64,000 nt of DNA from Anthoceros angustus (GCA_010909165.1 MU008173.1:868001-932000), one strand, 5' to 3'; positions 23,201-37,600 are shown, counted from the first letter of the stretch. The notes: a model not told the origin generated them from the letters alone. Numbers and translations are program-made.

Positions 23201-26200
23201 GCATTCATGTATGCATTCCACCCAAAATTGTGCTCGTTGTGCTCACCTAATTGTTGAATTGATGGAATGTTGGAATTAAATGCACTGCTGCCAAGCATTA
23301 GCAATTCACCAGGACTGTCAGATGAATGCTTTTTTCGAAGATCTTTTGCAGCTTGTCGTAATTGGTGCCCAGGTCCTGACAGTGCTAATAATCCACTTGA
23401 AAAAGCTGGCAGGGAGTTTTCTGCCAAACCCTGCACATCAGTTCTGGCTTTTCTTCCAGGGAAGCTGGAGCCACTCAGTCCTAGCTGTGGCTCGGGTATG
23501 TCTGCAGACGTATTACCAGCTAACTGCAACCCTCCTGCTTGGATCTCTGGCCGTGCATCAGTTTCTGGTCTCAAGCTGTTGTTAAAAGCCTCTACTGGCA
23601 CCCCAGGAACAGTGTAGTATCTGTGGGGAAAAGATGCATTGCCCTGAGTGTGTGTTTCCACATTTATTGGTGGCCAAATCATCTGACTGCCAGCTTGGCC
23701 AAACCCCCAATTGTTCCCTTGGCCCTGCGACTTGGAAGTATCTCCTTGTCCTTGACCCATATCACCGGCCTGAGCTGATGAGTCCTCCATTCCATCAGGA
23801 CACTTAACCCTGTGCGATGATTTATCCCCATCTGCCTTCCCAGCAGGACGCATGGCTTCAGCATTAACTTCCTCCCTGCTTTCCTTGCCCCGTAAGGCAA
23901 TTCGTTCCTTTTGTCTATCCCTAGCCTTTGCACTGCAAAGACAAGACAGCACAAAAGCCTTGTCACTGAATGCCACAAGGCCACAACTGAGATGCAAAAA
24001 GCAACGACATAACAAGGAATATAGGATATACAATTTCAGCTTCAAGGCTCGTCCTGCTGCAGTATATCCAGACTCCTCATCTTCTTCCTCGCGAGCCTCC
24101 GACTACAAAAAGGTCACAAGTTGTGATGAGAATCCGACATAGTGTTGTAAGTGGGGAAGCTACTATGCCCCGAGAACAAACATTGTACCACACCCTACTC
24201 TTACAATAGGGACAAGACACAAAATACATACCTCACTAGACGTTGGAAGCGGCGACTTCACTGCAACTCCTTCATTGTACGACACGATCTTCCTTTGTCG
24301 CTTCCCCCTACCAAGCATCGCCTCCTTCTGTGTTTGTAGCTTCTCCCACCTGAGGTCAGTGTGCAAGATGTATTAACAATCTAATTACAAATAAGCAACC
24401 AAGGCAGAATCTGGCATCACATTGTGACACATGCATTTACAGGTGGAACCCTGTTGGCAAATACCTTTCCCGCAATAGCCTCTCCCAGTCATCATCCTCT
24501 TCACCTTTTCCCCCTCGCTCAATTGCCGTGCTTATATCCGTGTCTTTGCATGGAAGTTCCTCTGCATCCACCTCTTCAACTGGATCTTGATCATTCGATT
24601 CCCAAGCCTGCACAGCCAATACACTACAAATAACTACACAGCAGACAGACAACCTAATCAGCACTACACCAACAGCATGACCTAAGAAACATGCGAGCAC
24701 TGGAGCTGAGCTATACCTTCATAGATCCAAGAATATCTCCGTCTTGCTCACCCTCAGCCTCCTCATGGTAACTTGTTGACCGGTCTAGAAGCCGGGTGAT
24801 GGCTGCCTCATCCCACACTATCTTACTCCGCCCAGGCTGCAGGCACTTGTCACCATAATTATCACCAAGGCCATTGACCTTTCTCTTCTGCTTTCCCTCA
24901 ACTTCATCTGGCACATCTCCATCTGAGCCATCAAGAGGAATCGGGGCGTCCTTGGATCCATCTGGACGCGAGTCTGCCTGGAACAGCTCCTCAGTACCCC
25001 AACGAAGAATATCCTCAACCTCCTTTTGAGATCCAGACTTATTTGCAAAGAGATGGTCTAGCATGAGCTTCTTTTTGGCAAGTTGGAGAATGCGTTCCTC
25101 CACACTAGCCCGAACCATCAGTCTGTAAACCAGCAGAACTTTAGACTGGCCAATCCGATGAGCACGATTCATAGCTTGTATATCTGCATGTGGGTTAAAG
25201 TCGGAATCATAGATAATCACTGTATCGGCTGTGGCAAGATTGATGCCTAGACCACATGACCGAGTAGACAACAGAAAGACAAACCGTGAAGTATCCTGGT
25301 TGAAGCGCGCTATAGCAGCCTGTCGATCTGCCAGTGGTACATTTCCTGACACCCGCTCATAAGAATCACCCCCAAACTGGTAGGTAAGGTAATCTTCAAG
25401 AATGTCCAACAGCTTAGCCATCTGCGAGAATATGAGGACTCGATGACCTTGCTCCTTGAGCTTTCCCAGCAGAGTATGCAAAAGCTTTAGTTTTGCTGAG
25501 GCATTGATACGCATATCTTGCAAAAACTCTGGAGTGCCCTTTTCAGGTTCTGTTCCAGAGATGAGGTACGGATGATTGCATACCTTCCGAAGCTGCATGA
25601 CAATGTTCAGCATAGACCGCTGTTGACCGGCCTTGACACCTTGTCTCAATAGCTGATAATTCCTTGTCAACAAAGCTCGATAGTACTCAGCTTGAACAGA
25701 AGTAAGTTCCACCGGAACAAGTCTTTCCCTCTTTGGGGGGATATTCTGCATAGCATCCTTCTTAAGCCTTCGCAGCATGTGAGGGGAAACAAGCTTCTTC
25801 AGCTCATCCACCTGCTCCATGGTACTGAGTGAGTTGAATTGCTCCTGAAATGCAGCAAGTGACCCTGGACACCGATCGGGTTGCAAGAAGGCCAACAGAT
25901 TGTACATCTCACCAAGATTGTTTTGAAGAGGTGTACCCGTTAAAAGCACCCTGTGTGCAAAGGAGTAGGTGTTGAGTAAAGTTGACAACTTGCTCTCTGA
26001 ATTTTTCAATCTGTGACCCTCATCTACAACCAATGACTCCCAAGGAACGGCACGAAGCTGATTTGAGTCACTGATCACCATCTCATACGTGGTGAGCATC
26101 ACATTGAACTTAAAAGGCCGCTGCTTTTTCCCGTCGTTCTCACCTGCATACCACTCAAACTGGCGTATGGCAGCTCTAGCTTTCGCCGTTCCATGATACT

Positions 26201-29200
26201 CTATGACATTCAATGAGGGAGCCCAAAGAGAGAACTCTGCCATCCAGTTTGGCATCGTTGACAAGGGAACAAGGACCAGGCAGGGCATCCTCACTCCAAA
26301 TTCATGGTGTAATGTGGAGAGAAATGCACAAGCAGAGATTGTTTTACCTAATCCCATCTCATCAGCCAAAATAACATTTTGCCGCCGTAACCAACACTTG
26401 CGCAGCCAGTTCAGTGCCTCCATCTGATGCGGAAAGAGAGTACCACCCTGCAACTCCTTAGGCTGCTCCATGAGGGGCTCCACTGGCACATTTTTGGCAA
26501 GATGGCCAGAATGGGGGAGACCTTCCGACAGGAGAGCTGCTGATTCAAATTTATCAAACTTTTCTATCAGCTCAGCATGCTTGCTGACGACTGGCTCATC
26601 TACCCGTTCCCAGGTGCATTCCTCATAGGACAACCCCGTCCATTTCACAAGTACTTTGTCTGAGTTCCCGAGTTTCCTTCGAGCAATGATTCGTTGGGGT
26701 TTGGACCACTGCTCATCAACAAGCATCATGGGAACCACACCAAACTTAAGCTTGTAATTATCAAGCTTGCGCTTGGCCAGCACTACCAAGCTGTGTTCAC
26801 TGACCCACTGATTATGGATATGAGCCTTCCCAGCCCATTTTACAAGAAATTCCAGACTTGACTTCTCAACTGACTTGTCCGCTGGAACTCTACCTGCAGC
26901 GGCCAAGGCCTTTCCCACTGGTGAGACGGACTCTCCTCCACATTCTGCAATACCGTCACATAACTCAGGCACTCCACCTTCATCACGCTTAGATGCAGAA
27001 GACTTGTCCGGAGCTTCTGAAGCATTCGCAACAGGGCTTTGAGCCGCCTGCTGTGGTACTACCGAAGATGTCGGTTTGCACTTTAAAGGTTCAGAATCCA
27101 AATTCTGTGGGCAACTCTTTGAATCCAGCACAACCCCGTCAGTCAATGAGTCTACTTCCATTGGAACAGGCATTTCCTCTTCATTCGAGTCTGGATGTAC
27201 AGCTGGACTCCCGTTTTTACTTCTGGCTGTAGATACTTCGCAGTTGTTTGGGAACCTGTGCAACCTGGCCTTTGATGCTGCAACATCAGGGCTTGAACAG
27301 GCCTTCGATGCTGCAACCCCAGGGCTTGACCTGGCTCTTGATGCTGCAGCCTCAGGGCTGGACCTGGCCTTTGATACTACAGCCTCAGAGCTCTTCCTGT
27401 CATGGTCATACTCAGTCTCCATCTGGAGATCCTCTCTGCTCTTCACACAACTCAAGTCAGCATCCACACTCTTGTGAGGCTTAGAGTCAGATGCAGCCTT
27501 TTGGACTGCAGTGAGCACACTGCTATCAATGGGGTAATTCGAGGTAGTTTCGGGGACTGGACTGATTGCCCCTAATCGGCATCCCAAAATTCGATCCACC
27601 TAGTCAAAGCACAAAAGTTAGAATTACCATGACCTAGGGAGTCATGCATTCAAATGGCGGATATCACAATCCAACAGAACACTGACTTCCACAACAAAGA
27701 CACAGCAGATTGAGCTCCCACCTGCTTTTCATGTGGAGACAGAGGGAAAAAGTCCTCCATGGATTTCTTTCCAAACTTGCCACCTTTGCTTGCACCCTCC
27801 AGCCCACAGCCTTTACAGAAACCTGAACTGCTTGAAAAATCTGAAGACATATACTCTGTCCCACATCCTTCACATCTTACAAACACAGCGTTTCCTCTGT
27901 CCTCCTGCTTTTTCTTCTTGGGATTGGTAGAGTCCCCATCCCTTTTCTTCTTCTTAGGCTTGTCAAGATGCAGGTTGCCTTCAGATTGACACTCTTTCTC
28001 TTTTCCCACTGTGCTCTTTGATTGCAAGATGTCTGGCCCATGTTCCTTTTTCCTTTTTCGTTTTTTAACCTCATCTGCTGTCTCTGCCTCTTCACTGTGA
28101 TTCACTTTGCAGCCCGTCAGAAGTACCAACTTTTTCTCACCAGCCAGATCGACAGTCTTGCAAAGTTTGTGACCACCTGGTTTCTGCCCCCCCATTGCGG
28201 ACGAAGTCCCAGACTCTCTATTCTCAACACACAAATGACATCTCCACTTTCCAGGAGGAGTTTGCTGTAAGAGGATCACCACAACAAGGCATCGAGTCAC
28301 GAAAGGCGCAATCTCAAGTGTACTGCATTGCAGCAAAAATATGGGAGAGGAGAGCACCCCCCCACTGCTGATCTAAGGTTCCCTGTGTGCGAGAAATTAC
28401 CTTGAGAGGTGGGACAAGACAATCGAGATGATAAACACGAGGGCAGAAGTCGCAGCACAGTAGGTCTCCACCAATCTCACAGATTACACACTCATAATAA
28501 TACTGCATACAGGATCAGGTGTCAATTCTCTAGATTCCAGAAAGAAGCTCCAAAATTGGAAAGAGCACAGGACCATTATAGTGCTGCTCACCCCATCAGA
28601 TCCTGTCTTCTTCTCTTGCTGTGCACTATCCTTGATCACAGGGCTAGCATCCAGGTCACTGGACACTCTGTCATTCTCATCTACATCCATGGATGCAGAG
28701 ACTACTTTAATCTTCTTCTTGGGCACCGACTCCATGGATGCATCATCATACAAGTCGTCAGATCCACTGTCCTCAAGGGTTTCAGTGTCTTCGGGTTTCT
28801 CTGACTTTCTCTTCTGCCTGCCTGCCTCATGCTCCTTGGAAGTGAGTGGCTTCTCAGCCTCTTTGCCTATGCGGTGAAGTTTCAAGCGCCTTCTGTCGGG
28901 GCGGACAGGATGTTTCGCAACAGTCTTGTACAACCCACGAGATCGCAAGGCATCCACACATCTGGCGGCCCGGCGAGCACAAACCTTCCTCACTTCTCCC
29001 AAAGCTGCTTCCAGCTCCTGTTGCTCTTCCGAGGTGATGTCCTTCAACCAAATTGTACAATGCCAGCACTGTCAGGACCGCGGGCCACCAGAAACAATTT
29101 TGGAGCTGAAGGCAACTGCTGACTTCAGACATGAGCATGGCAGAAAAGAGTGAAGGCGGACAAGGTATTGCTGCACAAACCTGTTTAAAGAAAGTGTCGA

Positions 29201-30432
29201 AATTCTCCTCATAATGGGCCAAGTTTTCAGACTTCATCCATACACTGCAAATGTTCCAGACAAGCACGTCTTAGACTCATACAGGAGAGAGTCCACGGAG
29301 CCAGGCACAGAGCAGGTTGCTTAAACATTCCTAGCCACACCAGGAAAGGGGAAACAAGAGCAGTGAGAGCAGTACAAGACTGGCGGAATGAGATACTCAC
29401 TAAACATAGTCGCTGAGCCCATAAAATTTCACACAAATGTGATCGGCCTTCTTCATCCTGAAAAAGAAAAGCAGAGAGGAGGCATAAGCAGTTGAAGACG
29501 AGGAAGAGGCCAGCGAGACAGAAGATCCAAATTGCATACCAAGGTGTAGGGGAAGGGAAGACACACTACGAGTACTCACTTGACAACTTCCGGCGGCAGC
29601 TCGCTGGTAGTGGATACCTGGACAAGAATGAAGGGAGGAGTGAAAACCCATTGGCTTGCTCCCTCATTCCACAACGAGGCACAGGGCAGGAAGGGGGAGA
29701 TACGTACCCGTGCAGGCCACCAAGGGTGGCCATCAAGTTTTGCCCACACAAGCATCTGTGTCGAAAAAGATTTTTTTCTGGAGTGGCCATCAGACGACAT
29801 TGGCTGAAAGGCACCCGCAGCGGACATCCAGCCCTTAGAACCCCCGTCCTTGCGAGCACTGCGTTGCCTCCTCAAGAAGTCGGGAACAGAAGTGTCAGCA
29901 TGAGAGGGGGGGCGGCCGTTCCTGGGACCGTGGCGTTCATCTGTGAGCCTGGAAATGGAGGCGGAGGCAGACATAAGACGGTACAGCTGCAGCTGCGTGC
30001 GGAGAGGGAACGACCTGGACAAGGAGTGTTAGTGCTTACCCGCCATCGGAATGAGTGGTAGTAGTAGTGGTGGTGGCAAGATCTTCCGAGCGAGTCCGAG
30101 CATCTTGAGCAGAAACATCCTGAATTTGAGGCGGGGTGGGGATGGCGCCGGCGCTGCGTGCTGCTGGACCTGGCGGTGGGAAGAAGAGATCCATGTGAGG
30201 AAAAACGTAATGTAGGACGGACCTGTGAGCCAAGTGAGGATCAAAGGGGAGGAGCGGCAAATCCGGCATGCACTACCAACCATTAGAGGTGGCCCGGTTC
30301 TTGACGCCGCCTTGATCGCCGGGGGAGAGGCGATGCGCAAACTTGAGAAGAATGCCGGAAGCAGCCGATCCTGGTGCCCGCTTGTGGCTACTCTTGCCAT
30401 GTTGGGCTTGAGGGTCCGTGTCCCTGCTGTCC

Positions 30433-30464
<32 letters not shown>

Positions 30465-31094
30465 CTCTCTCTCCTCTCCTCCCGCTCCCTGTCTCGCTCC
30501 TGGTCTCGTTCCCTGTCCTTGCGAGCACTGCGTTGCCTCCTCAAGAAGTCGGGAACAGAAGTGTCAGCATGAGAGGGGCGGCCGTTCCTGGGACCGTGGC
30601 GTTCATCTGTGAGCCTGGAAATGGAGGCGGAGGCAGACATAAGACGGTACAGCTGCAGCTGCGTGCGGAGAGGAACGACCTGGACAAGGAGTGTTAGTGC
30701 TTACCCGCCATCGGAATGAGTGGTAGTAGTGGTGGTGGCAAGATCTTCCGAGCGAGTCCGAGCATCTTGAGCAGAAACATCCTGAATTTGAGGCGGGGTG
30801 GGGATGGCGCCGGCGCTGCGTGCTGCTGGACCTGGCGGTGGGAAGAAGAGATCCATGTGAGGAAAAACGTAATGTAGGACGGACCTGTGAGCCAAGTGAG
30901 GATCAAAGGGGAGGAGCGGCAAATCCGGCATGCACTACCAACCATTAGAGGTGGCCCGGTTCTTGACGCCGCCTTGATCGCCGGGGGAGAGGCGATGCGC
31001 AAACTTGAGAAGAATGCCGGAAGCAGCCGATCCTGGTGCCCGCTTGTGGCTACTCTTGCCATGTTGGGCTTGAGGGTCCGTGTCCCTGCTGTCC

Positions 31095-31126
<32 letters not shown>

Positions 31127-31582
31127 CTCTCTCTCCCTCTCCCGCTCCCGCTCCCTGTCTCGCTCCCGGTCTCGTTCCCTGTCCCGGTCCTTGTCCTTGT
31201 CCTTGTCCTTGTGCTTGAGCGGCAGGAGCAGAGGAGCATGTGCATCTGGCGAGGAAGAGGTGGCAGCTGAGCAAGCTGAGGGAGCGGAAGGCGACGGGCG
31301 GGCAGGGCCAGGGCCAGGGGCAGGGGCGACGGCGGCCGGGTTGCCGAGCTTGATTCGGAGGCGGACAGGCGGGTTAGTCCCGGTAGCAGTGCCAGTGCCT
31401 GTGGCCGTCCCCGTGGTGGTGCCGGCGGCGGAGGCGGAGGTGCTGCTGGAGACCTTGATCGTGTTGTTGATGCTCTTGTACTTGGTTGATGAGTCCATAT
31501 GGCTGCTATGGCTGGAGCTGTTGTTGGCTGGAGAAGCCGTGGTGCTACCACGAGTGCTGGTTCCCTGTCCATGGCGCAGCAT
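20220..31582 (-). CDS. CHR4: CHD3-type chromatin remodeler, CHR4/PKR1-like (PWWP-PHD-chromo-chromo-SNF2-helicaseC-DUF1087-SANT/Myb); start codon uncertain
   Basis: [37 protein letters not shown]|QTPPGKWRC. Chromodomains VDRILGCR...[17 protein letters not shown] and [22 protein letters not shown]2 motifs [40 protein letters not shown]. Myb-like [18 protein letters not shown]-terminal SSETQSDP...[10 protein letters not shown]. Exons link through phase-compatible GT-AG introns. Confidence 0.92.
27262..27385 (-). repeat. In-frame 33 bp tandem repeat (about 4 copies) in the insertion within CHR4 chromodomain 1
   Basis: Encodes [11 protein letters not shown] / [11 protein letters not shown] / [11 protein letters not shown] / SKAR. 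Confidence 0.85.
29846..31184. repeat. ~670 bp near-identical intragenic tandem duplication (29846-30514 and 30515-31184)
   Basis: Both copies start gtccttgcgagcactgcgttgcctcctcaagaag and end gtctcgttccct(gtcc). They differ by small indels in homopolymer/SSR tracts and about one substitution. Confidence 0.95.
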
Positions 31583-31648
31583 GGCTGCTGCTGCCCGCTG
31601 CCTGTTGCGTCCTGGGTTTAGTCCAGTGTGCACTGGACTTGGCTGCCG

Positions 31649-31898
<250 letters not shown>

Positions 31899-34664
31899 GT
31901 CCTGGGCGTTGGTGGTGTTCCTAATGGTCAAGGCCGCCATGTCCTTGCTTGGCCATGGCTTGGCAAGAATCCATTGTAGGCGGGGGCCCCGGGGAGAGGA
32001 GAAGGAGGAAGGAGGCTAGCTGGGCCAGACGCCAAATGGGCGACGAGCAGCTGGCCGGGGTCGGAAGCAGGAACAGGAACAGGGGTGCCATTCTTGGCGA
32101 AGGTGGTGGTGGGGCATCCGGCAATTGTGCCATAGCCAGGGGAGAGGGAGCAATGGGGAGGACGGGCAGGGAGGCGGAGAAGTGGGTGCCAGGAAGGAGG
32201 GAGGTGGGGCCTGGGGCAGGGGCAGGGGCAGGGGCAGGGGCAAGGCCGGACCAGGCCAGGCCAGACAGGGTTGCGAGGACGGATGGACCAACTGGGTCAG
32301 CCACCACTCCGCCCACGCATGGGAGAGGAGAGAGATGGAAGAGAAGCAGGAGGAGGAGATGGAGGAGCAGGAGTCGAGACGGCAGAGCAGGCCAGGCCAA
32401 GGCAGAGCCAGGAGCAGGAGCAGGAGCAGGAGCAAGCCAGAAGGGCCGGGGCCGCGAGGAACGTGCGGTGGGCCCACGTGGCGGGGGGCGGCAGCAGCCT
32501 GACTACGAGGTTGGGTAACCAGGTGGCGCGCACTCGGTGGCGGCGTTCGATCGTCCGCGGCCTGGCTGCGGCCTGTTTAAGGCGGCCAGGCTGAGGCTGA
32601 GGCTGAGGCTGAGGCTGAGCAGCAGCCATTCGGAATTCCCGACCCCGACCTCGGGCCCGGGCCCGGGCCCGGTGTTAGTGCGAATGTAGAGCGAGGGATT
32701 TGGAGGTTTGGGCTGGGCTAGCTGCCAAGCCCAAGAGCAGGGCAGAGCGGAGCAGCGCAGCGCAGCGCAGCGCGTTTCTGTTAGGTCCGGTCCGCATGTC
32801 CGCATGAAGTGGGACGCCTCGGGGCGCCCCAGAATATGGACTCATCAGCCCGAGGAATCGTTCCATCAGCGCTAAAGAAAGATACTGGCGGGGGAGGCGA
32901 CTGGGGGTCTGGAGACTGGAGCGCAATGGGGGCAAAAGCACAGTCTGGCTTCGTGTATTATCATGTATAGGCAGGGGCAGGGGCAGGGGCAGGAGCAGGG
33001 GCAGGCGAGCAGGCGTGATCGCCACGTCTGATGTTAGTCTGCTTGCTTGCTTCCTTCCTTCCTTCCTTCCTTCCTTCCTTCCTTCCGTGTTTCCTTCCCA
33101 TGTGGAGTGCGTTCGCCCTCCAAATCTTTGCCCACCACTCACTGGCTAGGCTAGGTAGTAGGGCCGCCTCTCTCTCACATGCAACGCGACGCGACGCGAC
33201 GCAACGCCAGCAGAGTCCAGCAGTGAAGAGTGAAGCGCAAGAGCCCTCACCAAGATCGTGGCAGTTCCAAGACACAGTGTGGCATGGACATGGCCATGGC
33301 CATGCCGGATGAAGCTGTTTGTACGTGGTTGCATCACACTCGTCATCAGCCTGAGCCGCGGCCCGCACTTGATGGTGGCCAGGCCACGCCCACGCCCACG
33401 CCCACGCCAGGCCACTCCCTTGAAAGCCCGTTGCCGCCAACACTAGCAAGCCGCACCCGCATCCGCATCCGCACCCGCACCCGCACCCGCACCGCGCACC
33501 GCGCACTTGGATTCAAGAGCAGGAGCAGGCGACCAGGCTGCAGGCTGCAGGCCAGGGGCCGGGCAAGGCGACGGCAAGCCTCCTCGTACACCACCGGCAG
33601 TCATGGGTCCGGACTCCGGACTCCGGACTCCCGTCCAGTCCAAGTGGTGGGCCCGCCCCGCTTCTCCGGGCTCGCACTCACCTGCTACCTTCCGGGGCTC
33701 CTGAGTCCTGACGCACAAGGTGCCTGCCCGGCCCCTGCGACGTCGCCTCTCATCTCCCACCACGCCCCTCGTACGCGCGCATTCCGCGGCGTCTTTCACA
33801 CAGCCACAGCCGCTGCCCGCTGCTTCCCCCGCTCTCCCTCTCCCTCTCCCTCCTCTCTCTTCCTTCTCTCTCTCTCTCTCTTCTCCCTCTCCTCCTCAGG
33901 CCGCGGCTTCCTCCATGTTGCCCCGCCGCCCTGGGACCCAGCGGCCAGCGCGCGGCTCGGACGGCGAGCTCGGGCCCCGGAGCTCCCGGAGGCTCTTGCA
34001 CCGTTGCGCTCCTTCCACTCTACTTCCACATTCTTAGTGCACTCCCGCCTGCCCGCCCGCCGGCCGCCTACCCCACCTGCCTCATCCATGGCCCGGATGC
34101 CTTCATCTCTGCTACATCCTACATTCAACCCTTTCGACACCCACCCGATTGCCGACTCTCATTGCTGCCCATGGCCGACTTGTCTGCGCCCGCGACCAGC
34201 GCAAGCTCGGCACGCTCCACACTTCGCTACCCCTCCCATTATCAGAGCCGGGCATGCGCACCACCTGGACCTCCCCAACTTCACCTCCGCCCGCCATGTC
34301 CGCGCTTGTCCGCGACCTTCATGCCACCAACGTCTCCACAATTTCGGCGCCCCCCGCACAACGCAAATCACAATGCACATCCATACGCTCTACATGAAGC
34401 AAACGTTGGTTGCTGCCGCTTGCAGTAACATAAGTCGTGCCCATTAATTACTTCGCCCTAGATCATTCCGTTAATACGTAGCGCTAGCGTCAATTACATC
34501 TCCGGCGACATACAAGGCCCCATATGTACCCACATGCTACAAACCGTCCCCCGGCCAAAACTTCGTGCTAACGTTACGGCACCAAAAAGGACATTGGCCC
34601 CCATCTATTGGAGAACCCTACAACGGATCCTTCTGCACCTACGCCCTCCTAGCTACAGCCTCTT

Positions 34665-37600
34665 CTATAGTTGGTTGGGTCGGTTACCAGCTAAAATTAG
34701 GGAGATCTCCAAACCTCGGCTGAAAGCCTGGTTGAACACCAGACGAGTTTGGAACGTAGACACGAACGGGAACCACGACAAGACTGCGATGGGAATAAAG
34801 ATCATCATCCCCATGAGCGCGTCGTAAAACCTGGCCAGGGCGCGCACTGATTTCCATAAACCAGTACCTTCAAGCAATGGTCTCACAGCCACCGCAATCT
34901 GCCACCAACACACTCAAGCGAATCAGCCACGGAAACCCCGCATCACTTCAAACCCTACGTAAACAGACCCCCTCTCCTCGCCTCCTACGACTCAGCAGCT
35001 TCTTACAGAGAGAATCCCCCATCCCGTTGGAAGCAGCGCCAGCAGGCTCGCAAACACGTCACCCACGGACACCGTCGTTTGCACGATAGTTACCACAACG
35101 CCGGTGACCAATATCAAGAAGAGTGTGCCTTGAAACAGCCGTACCACCAGCTGAAATTTAGCTGATGCTTTCTGGCTCAAAGTGAAAACCTGCAAATACA
35201 CACCACCACTTGTTGCCTGCATCCCTTGCTTCTAAGGCTCCAAGGTCCTCTATTTCACCAGACGCGCGGTTACAACACAAACAAACGACGCCTTTACCTT
35301 GAACACAAAGAGCAGGCCAATCAATACCGCCCACGAATATCCGTATACCTGACGGCAGCACACAGACCACATTAGATTAACAAACTGTGCCCAACAGGCG
35401 TTCCCCTACCCACATTTCCATCCTTTCTTCCTGCAAACTTACGTTCAGGTTAGTATCCGTTCCCGTAGCACTCAGCGAATACACCACGCCATATTGGAAA
35501 ATGAAGAAACGCAAGCTGAGCACCACCTCCCAGAATCTTCCCTCTGATGAAGTGATGTGTGACTGCATAACAGGGTCCGATCAGTCCCGAACAAAAACGA
35601 GCTTGTGACATGCACATAATCGAAGGTCGGAGTCAACCCAGGCACCTGCTCCTCCTCCCACCACGCCTCCCAACTTTCTTCACTTTTCACTCCTATTCCC
35701 CCCTTGTAAAAAATCCAGTTGGTCCAGTTATCGAAGTCTTCCACGGTCCTGCCAACAAAAACGATGCATGAGAGCCCTACAACACCCAAAACATCCCCTG
35801 CTCATTATGCTACCTTCATCAGAACAACAGGTGCCTTACTTCTGCCATTCAAACCCTGAAGGATTGAAAATATAGGGGGCATACAGCCACGACAGCGCGA
35901 GAAACCAACTGCTGAAAGTGAGGAGGACATAGCTCACTGTTCCCTTTGAACTGCCGTACGCTAGGTACACTATCAAAAGAATCGCCACCTCTAACCTGCA
36001 AAAGTGGAAAACACCACCTTCAACAAGTGCTATCCACTAGATATACAAAAACTCAAAACAACGCGAGAACAACAGATGCTTCTGTTACCCTTTGACGAAG
36101 TGGCTTCTGGAATACAGCCTGTAGTTTTCAGCAAAAGCAATATGTTGCACCACAAAACCTCGTCCAGTGGCTCGGTACTGTTCCCCACACCAAAATCCCC
36201 CACTTCTGTTAGTCACAAACCTCTCCCCTCACCAGCCAACAAAACAATACTAACAGCCTTGGATTTGTCATCGAAAGCTCATGCCTTAGCACCACCGTGA
36301 AGAATAGTTCGCCCGAAATAATGAGTTCTTGTACCAAGGGAAAATGTAAAGAACACAGCCGAAAGTTGCAGCTGCATAGTGACAAAGCTGATGACGGCCT
36401 GCCAACAGAGACAAACTTAGTGGAAAAGCCCAGTCAAACTGCCCGATCACGATGAGACTACAAGTGGAAGCTTACCCTCAACACCCCCTGCTCCAAAATG
36501 AATCCCATGATCATAGGGATCGCAGTGAAAACACCAATTTGGAACAGGAACTGCGTATTAAGGGCAGTTTGCAAAGCTGTATTGTTGGAGACATCCTCCT
36601 CAAGTGCTTGCCCAACACCAGACAAAGCCTGGTAGCCCAATAGAAACGTAGAAAAACAAAATGAGCCATCTCATTTCTTCCCTGTAGGTCACTAGCAGAG
36701 GAATCTATGAATAGCTATTTTACCAGGTAAGCTTTCCCGTACAGAAAAATGTAGACGGTCAGAACCGTCATCTGTACAGATGCCACCCCACCACGTCAAC
36801 TGACAACACGATGACACAAAGTACAGACAAACATCGTTGCAAACAGAGCAAGGAGGATGAGCTACCATGGTACAAATGTAGAACCCAACAGAGGTGTAAA
36901 AGAAAGACAACATCCTAAAGAAATCGAAGAGTTGGCCCAGCCGATAGATGTCTCTGCTTAACACTTGTTCGCCATTCCCACTAGCTACCTTCGCCTCAAA
37001 GGTAGCAATCTGATTTAAACCCACATCTCGCCCTTTCCCCACCTGCAAAATGCATGTTCGCACTATTTTGATGGTTCTTCAGGGTCAAAGTAACTTCTGC
37101 GCTGCAAAGACGCACTAACCTGAATGTATTCATGATGGGTGATATTTCCCCTCCGCAGAGTGGAATTAAAACCTGGCACCCATGAAATCCAAATTAGCCT
37201 ACTACTATCAATCAACATCCGGGCAAACCAGCATATTTCACACAAAATGAGTGGAACATTTGAAATGACCTGCATAGATGTCTTCACTGATGTTAATGAC
37301 ACGAGAAGCCTTGCTAATGCCGCCCCTTGTAATATGAAATATTCTGTCAAAGACATCCGGATGCCCATAGTGCATGCGAACCCTGCAGTGTTGCAAGTGT
37401 TGAGGTTGAATAGCTAGAATTTAAGATGATGCAAACAGCAACCTCTTCTGTACAATACGCATAAACATCTGTATTTGCTCACCTCAACGGTGTAGCCAAA
37501 ACTCGCTGTCCGAGTGTGACAAAACTCGTCTCTTGATTCGACATAAACCATGCCAGCGAAGAAACACTGCAAATAGACGACATCATCATACTAAGCCCCC

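Noticed and set aside
31921-34447. ORFs up to 405 aa upstream of CHR4
   Set aside because: Built from hexamer SSRs and CT tracts, open in several frames on both strands, with no domain.
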